A stretch of 64,000 bases of DNA from Pseudovirgaria hyperparasitica (taxonomy: Eukaryota). Under the pieces are notes generated by a model. The model was not told the DNA's origin and did not search any database. It saw only the letters and a program-made list of their open reading frames with translations. The stretch lies in assembly GCA_010093815.1 (NCBI GenBank), contig ML996578.1. The stretch is one strand, 5' to 3'. Positions 46,682 through 58,072 of this stretch are shown piece by piece (the first letter of the stretch is position 1; each line of letters starts with the position of its first letter). The position numbers were made by a program, and so were the translations under genes.

Positions 46682-49010
46682 TCACCTCCACGCCCTCTCC
46701 ACATTCACCACCCGACACCCTTCCTCCCCACCATCCCCATCCACCCCATCCCCCCTCCCCTCCAACCACCCAACCACAAAAACCCTCTCCCCCTCCCCCT
46801 CCAACACCCTCACCGCCTCCCGCACATTCCCCTCCTTAACAACAACCACCATGCCCAACCCCGTATTCCACACCCGCGCAAACTCCCCATCCGCCACATT
46901 CCCCGCCTTCTTCAACCACCTAAACACCGGCGGCACAGGGTACGCAGATGCATCGACGACGGCACGCAGATGCGGCGGGAGCATGCGTGGGATGTTTTCT
47001 ACGAGCCCGCCGCCGGTGATGTGGGCTATGCCTTCGAGGAGGTTGCGCTGGGTGGCGGCGAGGATGGCGTGGACGTAGATGCGGGTTGGGGTTAGGAGGG
47101 CTTGGCCTAGGGTTTGTGCTGGGTTGGTGTTTGTGTCGAAGGGTGCAGGGTCGGAGTATGCGAGGCCTGCGCGCTCGACGATGGCGCGCACGAGGCTGAA
47201 GCCGTTGCTGTGTACGCCGCTGGCCGCGAGCCCGAGGAGGACGTCGCCGGCTTGCATGTTTGCCGTGTCGGGGAGGACGCGCTGGTCGCGGTCGAGCGCG
47301 CCGATGGCGGCGCCACCGGCATCGTATTCGCCTCGCGCATAGAGACCGGGCATTTCGGCTGTTTCGCCGCCGATGAGGGCGCAGCCTGCGGCGCGACAGC
47401 CTGCTGCGACGCCCTCGATGAAGGAGGCTGTGGCGTCGAGGTCGAGGGTGGCGCAGGCGTAGTAGTCGAGGAAGAAGAGGGGGCGGGCGGACAGGGCGAC
47501 GATGTCGTTTACGTTCATTGCTACGAGGTCGATGCCGACGGTGGAGTGGGTGTTGGTTGCGAAGGCGAGTTTGACTTTGGTGCCGATGCCGTCTATGCCG
47601 GCGATGAGGATTGGGGGCTGGGTGTAGCCTGCGGCGGAGAGGTCGAAGGTGCCGCCGAAGGAGCCGATGAGGGCGTCGGTGCCGGGGCGGCGGGTTGAGG
47701 AGACGGCGGATTTGATGCGGGTTATGAGGGCGTTGCCGGTGGTGATGGAGACGCCGGTTGAGGCGTAGGTTAGGGGGGGTTGTGAGGGGGGGGAATGGGG
47801 ATGGGGATGGGGTTGTGAGGGGGTGTTGGTGTGGGTGACGGTGGTGCCTTCTTCGGCGGGCGCGAGGAGTTTCCAGGAGCAGGCGATGTTGTTCTTTGCG
47901 AATTCGGCGGTGATGTGGTGCGCGATGCTGTCAAAGTTGTGGGTTGCGAGGGCGAGGATGGTCGGGCCCGCGCCGGAGAGGCAGATACCCAGCAGGCCTG
48001 GGTGGGAGCTGGGCGTGACGCTCTGGAGGATCTCCGTGAGGCCGGGGATGAGGGTTTGGCGGTAGGGCTGGTGGATCTTGTCCTGCATCGCGCGGTAGAT
48101 CATGTCGGCGTCGGGCGGGCTCTGGCCCAGCGCGGTGGTGAGGAGGGCGAGGCGCTGGAGGTTGAAGATGATGTCGGGCCGGGTGTAGGACTGCGGGAGC
48201 ACCTCGCGGGCCTTGGCCGTGGCGACTTCGAATTCGGGGATGATGGCGATGCATTTGATTTCGGGCGCCCATTTGAAGCGCATGTAGTGCCCGATGTCGA
48301 GCGGTGGTTCGGGCGGCTGGAGGCCGGTGTCGATGCCGCCGGCTGGTTCGGGGAGTACCTGTTTTTCGTGGTGTGAGTATAGTATGTGTGGATAGATGGA
48401 TACAGATGTGTGGATTTCTTGGCATGGTGTTTTGTGTTGTGGATATGCGATGACTCGATTGACTTGACCACGTGTGTGATTGGATGCACCTTACCTCTGC
48501 TAGTGGAATCTCCTTGCGCTCCAAGTCCTCCTTGGACAGTTCGTTGAGATAGGTGCCGATGAAGCCGCCGTACAGCGCCGCAGCAACATTGTCCGGATGC
48601 CGCTCAATCATCAAACAGTAGTCCAACATCCGCGCTCTTGACAGTTTGAGGTTCCCGACTTCATTCGCCAGGGCGACGCCGCCGACAACAGCGCACGCGC
48701 TCGACCCCAGTCCTCGTCCTAACGGCACGGGATTGTGGACATGGACGTGAGTAGTCGCTGGAAACGCGCGCTGGCCAGCACATCGCAGGACATACAGCGC
48801 CACCCGAGTGATCAGGTTCTTCTCCGGGTCCAGACTGATGTCCTCCTTGCCCACGCCGGAATACTCAAGCACACAATTCAGCGGCTGCCCCGACACGGAT
48901 GCGTCAATGGTAACGTGCAGCTCGAGGTAGACGCTGAGCGCGAGTCCGATAACATCGAACCCGGGGCCGATGTTTGCGGACGAGCACGGGACCTTGATGA
49001 TGGTCGTCAT
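46682..49010 (-). CDS. THR1: Homoserine kinase fused to phosphoribosylaminoimidazole (AIR) synthetase, about 730 aa; exons 49010-48495, 48358-46682
   Basis: HSK: VPCSSANIGPGFDV, GHMP loop PLGRGLGSSA, ERHPDN, MQDKIHQPYR, LSGAGPT. AIRS: LTYASTGVSI, DGIGTK, GIDLVAMNVND, PLFFLDY, GGETAEMPG, SGVHSNGFSL, LLTPTRIY, HITGGGL, NTGLGM. No stop codon between the domains. Confidence 0.9.
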
Positions 49011-49523
49011 GCTTTTGTGATACGCGGTGTGTGCTTTGTGGTGTTTGTTTGTTGTGACCGCTGCGCGTGGAAAGCCATCTACGAAACTTTTTTTTTTTGG
49101 TGGTTTATGTCGCTCACACTTTTTCACGCCCGACAATCGCGGGGTGCCAAGCCGTCCTGCAAGTTTGATACCTTATTCATGGGACCCATGACTGCTCGGC
49201 GTACCATGCGCGAGTCATGGCAAAGTGTGTGTGTTGACATGTTTGCGGATGTTTGGACTACATCAAATATTCACGTCGTCTTCATCTACGCCTCTCATCA
49301 AACCTTCGGATTTGCGAATGGCGCTGGGACGAAAAGGAGTCCTTGATGTTTCCTGTCGCGTGGCTTGTTTGCTAGGACCAGTCGAGACTAGCGCTCATCA
49401 GGCTTCAAACATCACCACCCAAGCCTCTTGTTGTTTTCTTTCTTTTCCTCCCATTCCCTTCATCGTCCACGTATATAAGACGGGCAACATGTCCCTCAAT
49501 CTGTGCTGCCAACATTCTCAGCC

Positions 49524-51120
49524 ATGAGCGACGCGTCGTGGAGCGCCCTGCCGCTTCTCAAGGCCACGAAAGACATTCCAGACTTGCTTGTCAAGGCCAT
49601 CTTTACCCAAGACAGCTATCATGTGTCGCTAACAGACATGAACGGCCATTTCTGGTCGCAGTCCAAAGACCGCAAGGGTGTCCGACGCGAGAGTATGGAG
49701 CAAGAGACTGCTATCGATGCATGCGAGAGCTTGACCAATCTGCGCCAGCTCCTCGAAAAGCTCGAGGGTGCGCTCAACGGTGCGGACGGGTGCACATGCA
49801 AAGTTGCCAGAGATGGAGAATCCCTCTCCTTGCAAGTCCAAGTCTCTCTGCCCAGACCCTTGGGCGTGCTGAGTTACGTCTTCCAGCTTGAATCTAAGCA
49901 CCAGGACTTCTACACCCAGATGGTGCTTCCCTTGGTCCTGACGGCGCATCATCAACAGCAAGACACTGCAGACCTTGTTGATCGTCTCAGCCATAAAGAC
50001 CACATCATCGAAGTGCTCTTGTCGCGTATGAAGGCTACAGGCATAGATATATCGGCCGTGTTTCCTGCTGCCAAGAAAGGTGATCTGAAGCAGGCGGGAA
50101 AGCAGGTGAGAGGTTTAGATCCATTCGACCAGCGCACATGGGAGAAGTCTCGAGCTGTGCAGCGGGGAGTGCATACGTCGATAACCAGTATGCTGAGGGA
50201 TCTCTCGCCTCGACTAGATTCAGCCTCGGAGCAAATCAGAGCTCAAGAAGCCCTGGGATTGTGGGAGGTCAGACACAGTGTGATACCTGGTAGTTCTGCA
50301 GAATCAAAGACAGAAGTCGAGATTTCCAGTTCTCCGGTGCCGGAGCAGGAGCAGGAGCAGGCTGAGACAGGCGATGATGAATTTCAGGTTAGTCAATGTG
50401 AATCACATGCTTCTTATAGGGTGCTTATTGTGGCGTCAGAGACAAGCGACTCCACCGGCCTTGAAACAAGTTCATTCTAGATCATCACCTGACGCTCTAA
50501 GATCACCTCGCACGTCGAATGCTGTAGTAGCCAGGCCGGCCGCCGACGACGACGAAACTACAGACGATGAAGATGACGACCTTGATGTTCCTACGAGCTC
50601 GAACATCACCAAGCCAAAGTGTCCAACACCCGAGCCTGAGCCAGTCGTCCCAGCCGTGAGGCCGAAAGGCAAGCTAGGCATGATTGGCAAACGCAAGCCG
50701 TCACCGGCTATGGACGTGGCTCTCCCTGAGCAAGAAGACACGGCCACGCTGCAACCTCAATCCGAAGCCATGGATATCAAAAATGACGAGCCAGCGACGA
50801 AAGTCATAGAATCGTCCGAGTCGGCCACATCAGCAGCGCCGAAAAAGGGGAAGCTGGGCGTTATCGGAGGCAGAAAGAAAGTCGCGACTAACGGGCCTGC
50901 TCACAGTCGTGAGATCCCAGACGACAGTATGGACATTGATGTGAAGGGTAAGTCAAGCGTGACAGCGACTAGGGTAAAGCGTGAGGCCACCAGTCCGACG
51001 AGACACAGCGCCGCTCCGCAGTCATCGCAGGAGAAGGCAGATGAGAAAAGGGCCGAACTCAAACGTCAACTGGAGGAGGCCAAGAACAAGGCACCAGCGA
51101 AGAAGAAACGAAGATTCTAA
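49524..51120 (+). CDS. XLF: XRCC4-like NHEJ factor (XLF/Cernunnos/Nej1); exons 49524-50387, 50440-51120
   Basis: N-terminal head (WSALPL..PDLLVK..SYHVSLTD..FWSQ..AIDA..LPRPLG), coiled coil (LSHKDHIIEVLL), disordered tail ending KKKRRF* like the Ku-binding motif. Confidence 0.78.
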
Positions 51121-51881
51121 CGCTGCAATAATCAGGCCATGTAGAAGGCGCATACACGCAAGCTGGTGTCCAGTATACATGGCGCCTCATGATGGCGCAG
51201 TAGGTATATTTAGCTTTATATCCATTTCATGAAATGCCTTTCGGCAGTTGTTTCAGTAAAACTTTTTCTCAATCAAGTAAGACATGGTGTGTTGTCATTG
51301 TCTCTTCTTCTCATTTTCTCCAAAATATCCCTTTCACACATTGCCTCAACGTCGTCGATAAAGCGCCTTTCTCTCAGCTTCACTCCTGATTTCAACGGCG
51401 ATCTGTCATGTCACTTGCCAGGCCGCTTAGCTGCACAACAACAGAAAAGGAGTGGAGGACGCGACCGCTTGGAGGCTTGAAGCATGGGCAAAGTGAATCA
51501 ACGCGCGGTGAGACGTCGAAAACAGCTCTTTGTTGTTTGCACTAGCTCTGTCTGCTCTCCTGTCCTACCCACAGCGCATCCAACCAATTCTCTCGCAGAA
51601 AGTGACCATACATTCTACACCTCTACACTCTACATTCCCGCATCTGAAAGAAACGCAACTCCAGGTCAGTCCAGGGTCAAACGCCTGTTTCTGTGTTTGT
51701 CCCTGCCGTCAGTAACTGTTACTATTACTGTTACTGCCACGGATCGCGTTCCTACCTGCTGCTCGTTCTCGACACGCGCCTTCCCCCAGATCTTCATCGG
51801 CAGCTCCACCTGCGTTATCCAGATATCTCTGTCTCTATCGCTATTGCCTCTGCTCCTCCTAGCAAACATATCTTCTTCGCC

Positions 51882-54800
51882 ATGTGCACATATCAGTATC
51901 TCTATTATTCCGCATGTTGTCATCAGACTTTCATCTTACTGGATTATTGCGACAAATACAAGGCTCTGAATCCGCAGAGCTTCAAAGCTCCTGTGCCTTC
52001 TGATGTCACTTCGCAGGATACCTCAAACGTAACACAGGTAGACTCGGATTCAGCGCGCGAAGACACTTCGCAGGTGTCCCGGCTTCGAAGAACTCAGTCG
52101 GTCTCTCAAGGTACTACGTCGACTGATACTCGCAGACGGAGAGCGTCGTTTCCAGACTCTTGTCTTAGTCGCTTGTACATGTGTAAGTCCCTTCATTTGT
52201 TTCCTCACGCTCAAAACTGACTGTTGGATCCAGATCGAGAGCGTATCCCTTTAGCTGCATCAATGGATCTTCATATGTCACTGGAACGTCCGGGAGACGC
52301 TACAATGCTGCCAGATGCCAGCCCGGAGCATCACATACTCCAAGAAGGACACATGAGACATGTGCTGTCGCGAGAAGAGCTCAACGTAAACGTTAGCAAG
52401 GGTCTGATCCGTCGAACACAGACACCCGATGGCAGGGAGAAGTTACACGTCTCTCATGATTGCAAAGTTCCAGGTGTCAATGCGAGCCTCGAAAATCATG
52501 GGCCTTCACCAACAAGCTACTCTTCTCGCAATGTCTCTGGATGCAGCTTGAAGGACGCTGCTACCCTCACCATGTTTCCTCCGCTACAGGATACTACAAA
52601 CAGCAGTGTCCAGTGCACGGTGTCGGTCCGCAGCAGCAGCAATACCCTGTCTCAAGTATCGTGGGCTCAGGTCGCTGGTGGCTCCTCTTCAAACCGCCCA
52701 GAGCAGAACACTGCAACTTCATCAACACTCTGCACACGTGCTGGTACCTCTGGATCCGATGCTTTGACGTCGTCGAGTACCCCGACTCGTACTACTGTTG
52801 CATCAGATCTACAGTCCCCGGCTGCCAGATCTACGGCCTCACCAAGTGGTAAGGCGTATCAATCCATCATTCCTATCCTTATCCTGCCTGACAGCCTCTT
52901 CACTCCTCCTTTATCTGATTCCGACTCCGACTCAGATAGAACAATCATACCAGATGCTAACACATCAGGAGTGCGCCGAAACACACAGCAGGCTATGACC
53001 TACGCGTCCGTGCTGTCAAAGCCAAGAGCAGCTCATGCAAGCCCAAAGACTTCAGGAGAAACATCAGCAGTGGAAAAGTCATATACCACACCCGAGAAGC
53101 ATAATGCGGCAGACAACAAGCAAGAGAGTCCGGCAGATGGATCTGGTAAGGCGAAGAGCAGAGCACCAACTCTGCAGACCGCTCAACGAGCTGCCATGCG
53201 TGAGCTGAGGCGCAAGGAGTCGATCATTGGACAGGAACCAAAGTCACCCGCTGAGAAACGACTGCTTCGACCCGCTGCAAGCTGTGGTAATCTACGCAAG
53301 CCGGACAACTCAGGAAGTCCTGGCGCTGGAGATGCGCTTTCTCCTACGGTGAAGCTCAGTCCCAGTAAGGCTGGCTCCTTGAGATCAAAGTCCCCGATTC
53401 GATTTGGCATGGATAATCAAAGTTATTCCAGGGTCGGCCCCTTGTCAAAGAGTCCAACGCGTAGAGTTCCCGCGGGTCTGAGCCCTTCCACCCGCCGTCA
53501 CATCCAGCACACGCCACACTCGTCCATAACTTCGTCGAGTGACGCAAATTTTGTCTCAGCTCAGCATTCTCCCCATGACGATGGCTCGCCAAACAGCTTT
53601 GTCACCGCTATTGAAATGCCCGAGCCTGAGGATACTTCAATCTTATCGAGCAGTCCAACTAAAACAAGCCAAACACGACGGGACACTAGAGCAGATGAGC
53701 GCCTTGATGTTGACCCGGGACGAACCATTCGAGTGGCAAGAATGATGCCCGCAATTCCAGATATAAAGTCTCACCAGGTTCTGAGAAATATGGACAAGGA
53801 GATGACCTCTAATCCTGGAGTGAAGTCTACGGAGCCGAAATGCACCACAGCAGAGTCAAGACTGTCGAATAGTAGTATGCCCATTAGAGACGTGCATCTT
53901 GCATCTATTTCTGCAGGTTCACATATACCTCTCCCAATAGCAGTCGCGAGGTCTCGTAAGAACTCAGTCGCCAGTAATGCAAGCATCAGCACCACGAAAT
54001 GGAGACCGGAGCTGGGTCGGCTAGAGAGTGAACGCTCGACAGGGCTAGATGCGACAGAAAAGGCTTCTGTAGCATCCTCTGACACCATCCCGTTCCCTGC
54101 TTTCGAACCTGTTACATCTGACACAGGAGAGGTGGCAGAAGCGTGGTCGTCCGTAGACGAAGCCAAGATGGGATCATACATCGCGCCGGACAGGCTGAGC
54201 TATCAAGAGTCTCGGAAGTCTTCTTACGCCAAAGGCGGGAGCCAGATACCGGCAAGTCTCTCAGGTTCAACGGAAGTATCGGAAGGTCCAGGCCCGCTCT
54301 CTCGTGCCAATTCTCTAGCCAAGAGAAGAGAGTCGATCGAAGAAATCAAGAGAGCGACACTCCGTCGCGGTAGCAGCGCTGCCAAAGCCCGGGAAATGAT
54401 CCCCTCATCACCAATCGAGGAGATCACGTCCCCCAGGCTCACTGGACTTGGTCCACTCGCAGACAAGGCGGTACCCCCAATCAACGAGGGCATTCATGAG
54501 GGCTATGTCCAGGAGCGAAACTATCGAACTGAACCTAGCACTCGTATGTCCCAGGCAGATATGTTCAATTCGATGTCACGACATACGGCCACCTGGGATC
54601 AGCCAGCTCTTGTTCATAAAGGGAACTTCGCAAATAATCCAGCCGTAAACAGCAGCGGTCCGGTACTGTCGATCGCGGAGATGGCTGATCAACATAGGAC
54701 ACAGAGATTACTGAAACTTGCACAAAAGCGCGAGGCCCTGGCAAAGTCTACAAACTCGTCTGATTTGCGACCTGATGCGCCCGTATTTGTTCCAGGACAG

Positions 54801-55745
54801 GGCTTCAGCCGTCCTCCACTACCAATGGACTGGCAGTTTCCAAGTAGTGCTGTTACCACGGTCAATTCTATTAACGCAGCTCCCACGTTTGCAACAACCA
54901 CCCCCGTAGAAGACATGGACCCGAACGAGTCACCTTTACACGGCAAGGGTAAGAAGAAAAAGACCAGGACCAACAAAAAGCGCAGCGACACTGTAAATTC
55001 ATATCCTGGGCAAGCGCCCATATCGGCGTCGGAATCTTTGGCTGGGGCCTTGCAGCCACAAGACCAGCGGTCAGGTTGGAAGCCCAGCTTCACTAAATGG
55101 AAGCCATCGTCCTTCGAAGAATCCAGCAACGCTGCCCTCAGTCCTCGCACGTACTCACAATCGTATGGAGGATTTCGCAAGCGGCCTTTTTATGACTGCT
55201 ACAATACAGGCAAGCGGTATGACCAAAATGGCGTACCAGTGCAGCAATATCGGAACGATCAGTTCGCTGGTAATCCATGGGCCCAACCACATATCCAGCA
55301 GAGCTCGATGCAACCATATGAGCAGATTCCCAATCCAGGATTTCGTGTAGCAGCACCATACAACCAAGCAGGCAACATGCTTCCTGGAGGGTTTGCCACT
55401 GCACACCCAGCAGGGCGTAGCTATCGACCAAGCGGACCGGGATATGGCGGTCAGTGCCTTTCGTTGGCTCCGGCAAATTATTCAGGGATGGCTAGTGGAT
55501 CACCAATCTCGCTGCGAGGAGGAGGCGGACGAGGCGGAGGCGGAGGCGGAGGCGGAGTAGGTCGAAGTGTCCGGCCAGGACCTGATGTCCCGGCTGTGCG
55601 TCGAGAGTATGTCGGATATTCGCAAAGCATCAAGCCGCGTGCCCTCAAGAATTGTGGACACTACGAAGTGATCACCGCGATAGAGATCATCGGCGGTCCT
55701 AAGTGTCCGAGATGCGCTCCTGATGAGCATAATCGCGGAAGATAA
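51882..55745 (+). CDS. Large Ser/Thr/Pro-rich disordered protein of unknown function, about 1270 aa; exons 51882-52182, 52234-55745
   Basis: 3.5-kb ORF. Intron GTAAGT..CTGAC..CAG at 52183-52233 joins an upstream exon starting MCTYQYLYYSACCHQ. PAM2-like SDLRPDAPVFVPG; C-terminal CGH...CPRC. Confidence 0.75.
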
Positions 55746-56268
55746 GTGTGGAGAAGCAAACGGTGCGAACAGAGAAAAAGGACTAGTGGCACGAGGGATA
55801 CTATATCGAATTACAGGTGGAAGCAAGGGGCACTGAGAATGGAATGAAGGGCGTTGGAAAAGCGACATCAAGTGGAAAAGCATGTTTCTTACTCCTGCAA
55901 AAAAGGTCAGATACCCTTGTCTTATTGGTGAAAGGCTAGCAGCGGAGGCGACATTTGGGTATCTATCTGTATTCCAAAATGTGGTCACAAGGGGCTGGAA
56001 TGGAAGGCTCAGGGACGCATGTCAGCACAAGCATGGATAGTTCGCACAGCGATTGGCGGTATGATAGCGATACCGCAAGTATGATAGGTCTCGAATCAGA
56101 AGTATGAATATGCAAAGGACGAGACGATGATTTATAGAGACAACAAAAGTGGGATGGTAAAGACAGGGCCCTTGAAGGGTTATTTATGGACCCTACTACT
56201 GTCAGTCGACTCTATCCTATCTATAACTAATGACTGATAGCGTATCATGCCTTCCTTACTCAGACAGA

Positions 56269-57678
56269 TCACTCGGTATACTCGTCTAACCCAACAAGCC
56301 ATGCAGTAATGCTACTCAGCAGCGTCATAATCACCCCTTGTTCGGCCCAGAAATGACCTGCCCCGGCAACTGTGCGGCTCTGCAGCACGGCATGAGAGTC
56401 ATGCTGCAGCCTGGCCGTCCACTGATCCAATCGCTTCGCAGACGTGAAGAAGTCCTGGTCGCCATACACGATCAAGGCTGGGTGGTTCTCTAGCACACTG
56501 CCATTACCACTGCCATTACCACTGCCATTACTGCTACCACCACCACCACTACCACCACCACCAGGCTGACTCCTAGATCCGCGCAGACCAAATGCCAGCG
56601 CGACAGAGAGCGGCGCAAGGAGCGGCGAGACGAGCAAGAAGGCCGTTTGCGCGACATCGATATGTAGATGCAGCGGCGCTTGTTGCCCCTCTTTGTGCCC
56701 CTCCTCCTCGTCCTCGTCCTCCTCCTTCTCCCGTGTCATCGCCTCACTTCCATGCTCTCGCTGCTGTCTCCTCGTCGTCGTCGTCGTCGTCGTACTCCTC
56801 CTCTTCCTCCGCCCCGAAATCTCGCGCAACTTGCCAGGCAGGGAGTCTATACTGACGCGATGATGCGACTCGCGACTAATCCTCCTCGTTCTCCCGTGAC
56901 TCTGGCGCTCGCTGCTGGGCGTTTCCTCGCCGCCCATGCTGATGGAGAGGGTCTGTGCGTAGGGTGGTGGTGGTGGTGGTGCGCTGCTGTGTGTTGTCTT
57001 CTTTTGCTTCTTTTTGACTGGGGAGGCGCGCGGTGTGAGGGCGGCGGCTTCGTGCGCGAGGTGGCGGGCGCGCAGTCGGATTTCGGAGGCGGTGGTGCCG
57101 GGCTCCGGGCTTGTGAAGCGTGTTGTTATGCTGGTTGGGGCGGGGAGGTGGGAGACGATTAGGGAGCCGTAGGAGTAGCCGCCGAGGAGGAGGCGGATGC
57201 GCGGGGGTGAGCGCCCACGGGGGCTTCCGGAGGAGGAGGAAGAGTCGTCGTCTGAGTCTGGTCTTGCGGAACTGGTTCTGCTGCTGTCGCTGCTGCCGAG
57301 GAGGGTGAGGAAGACGGCGAGGAAGCCCGCGTAGGAGATGTAGTCCTCGAGCTCAGCTCTGCCGCTCCACGTCGTCTTGCGCTTCGACGCGCCCGCGCCG
57401 CGGAAGTTGAATGTGCCGACGGTCCAGCCGTGGGCGAGCAGCGTGCTGCCGATGGAGGAGATGACGGCGTCGTCGTAGCTGCCGCCGAGGGGCGCGTAAG
57501 GGTGTGCGAGGACGGCGCCTTTGGGGCGAGGTTTGGGATGCGATGGGTGGTCGGCGTCGTCGTCGTCATAGTCGTCGTCGTGTGCGCTGTTGAAGGGGAT
57601 GTACAGGTGGCAATCTAGGGGAGTGTCGTCGTGGAGGGAGGGGATTGTGAAAGCGAATGTTGGTTTAGGCAGGCCCAT
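56269..57678 (-). CDS. Alpha/beta-hydrolase fold protein with low-complexity insertions
   Basis: AHPYAPLGGSYDD, TFNFRGAG, GGYSYGS nucleophile elbow, YGDQDFFT, AGHFW. Confidence 0.85.
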   Translation of the reverse strand: MGLPKPTFAFTIPSLHDDTPLDCHLYIPFNSAHDDDYDDDDADHPSHPKPRPKGAVLAHPYAPLGGSYDDAVISSIGSTLLAHGWTVGTFNFRGAGASKRKTTWSGRAELEDYISYAGFLAVFLTLLGSSDSSRTSSARPDSDDDSSSSSGSPRGRSPPRIRLLLGGYSYGSLIVSHLPAPTSITTRFTSPEPGTTASEIRLRARHLAHEAAALTPRASPVKKKQKKTTHSSAPPPPPPYAQTLSISMGGEETPSSERQSHGRTRRISRESHHRVSIDSLPGKLREISGRRKRRSTTTTTTTRRQQREHGSEAMTREKEEDEDEEEGHKEGQQAPLHLHIDVAQTAFLLVSPLLAPLSVALAFGLRGSRSQPGGGGSGGGGSSNGSGNGSGNGSVLENHPALIVYGDQDFFTSAKRLDQWTARLQHDSHAVLQSRTVAGAGHFWAEQGVIMTLLSSITAWLVGLDEYTE

Positions 57679-58072
57679 GGTTGAGGCCTGGTGGTTGGGT
57701 CACTCCGGGCATGATGGAGCGGGGAGAGATCGAATGAGCGCAATGAGGCACGAATTGTTAGTCGCGCATTGCAGGATGAGATCGGAGGAATGGGATTGAA
57801 GGCAGTGAAGAACTTGCTACGTTGGGGGTTGGAGGAGGAATATCAATAGTTCTTAACTAGTTGAAGACTCGAAGTTATGGTTCGAAGTATGTCATTGCCA
57901 AGAGATGGGCCCCACATGGCCATAGCTTCAAGTGTGTACTCATGGCCAGGCATCAACTGCCCTCGTGAGCATTCAAGAGACATCTGGCTGCTACACCAGG
58001 TGACACTACCAACATCCACAAAATGACAGTTCCAGGACACTCATTGTCTGCAGCAGCAATGCGGTAGGCATA

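Noticed and set aside
47774..47840. Linker between HSK and AIRS as a hidden intron or intergenic spacer
   Set aside because: It contains CTAAC but no consensus donor, no nearby AG acceptor, no stop and no ATG, so it is best read as a coding linker.
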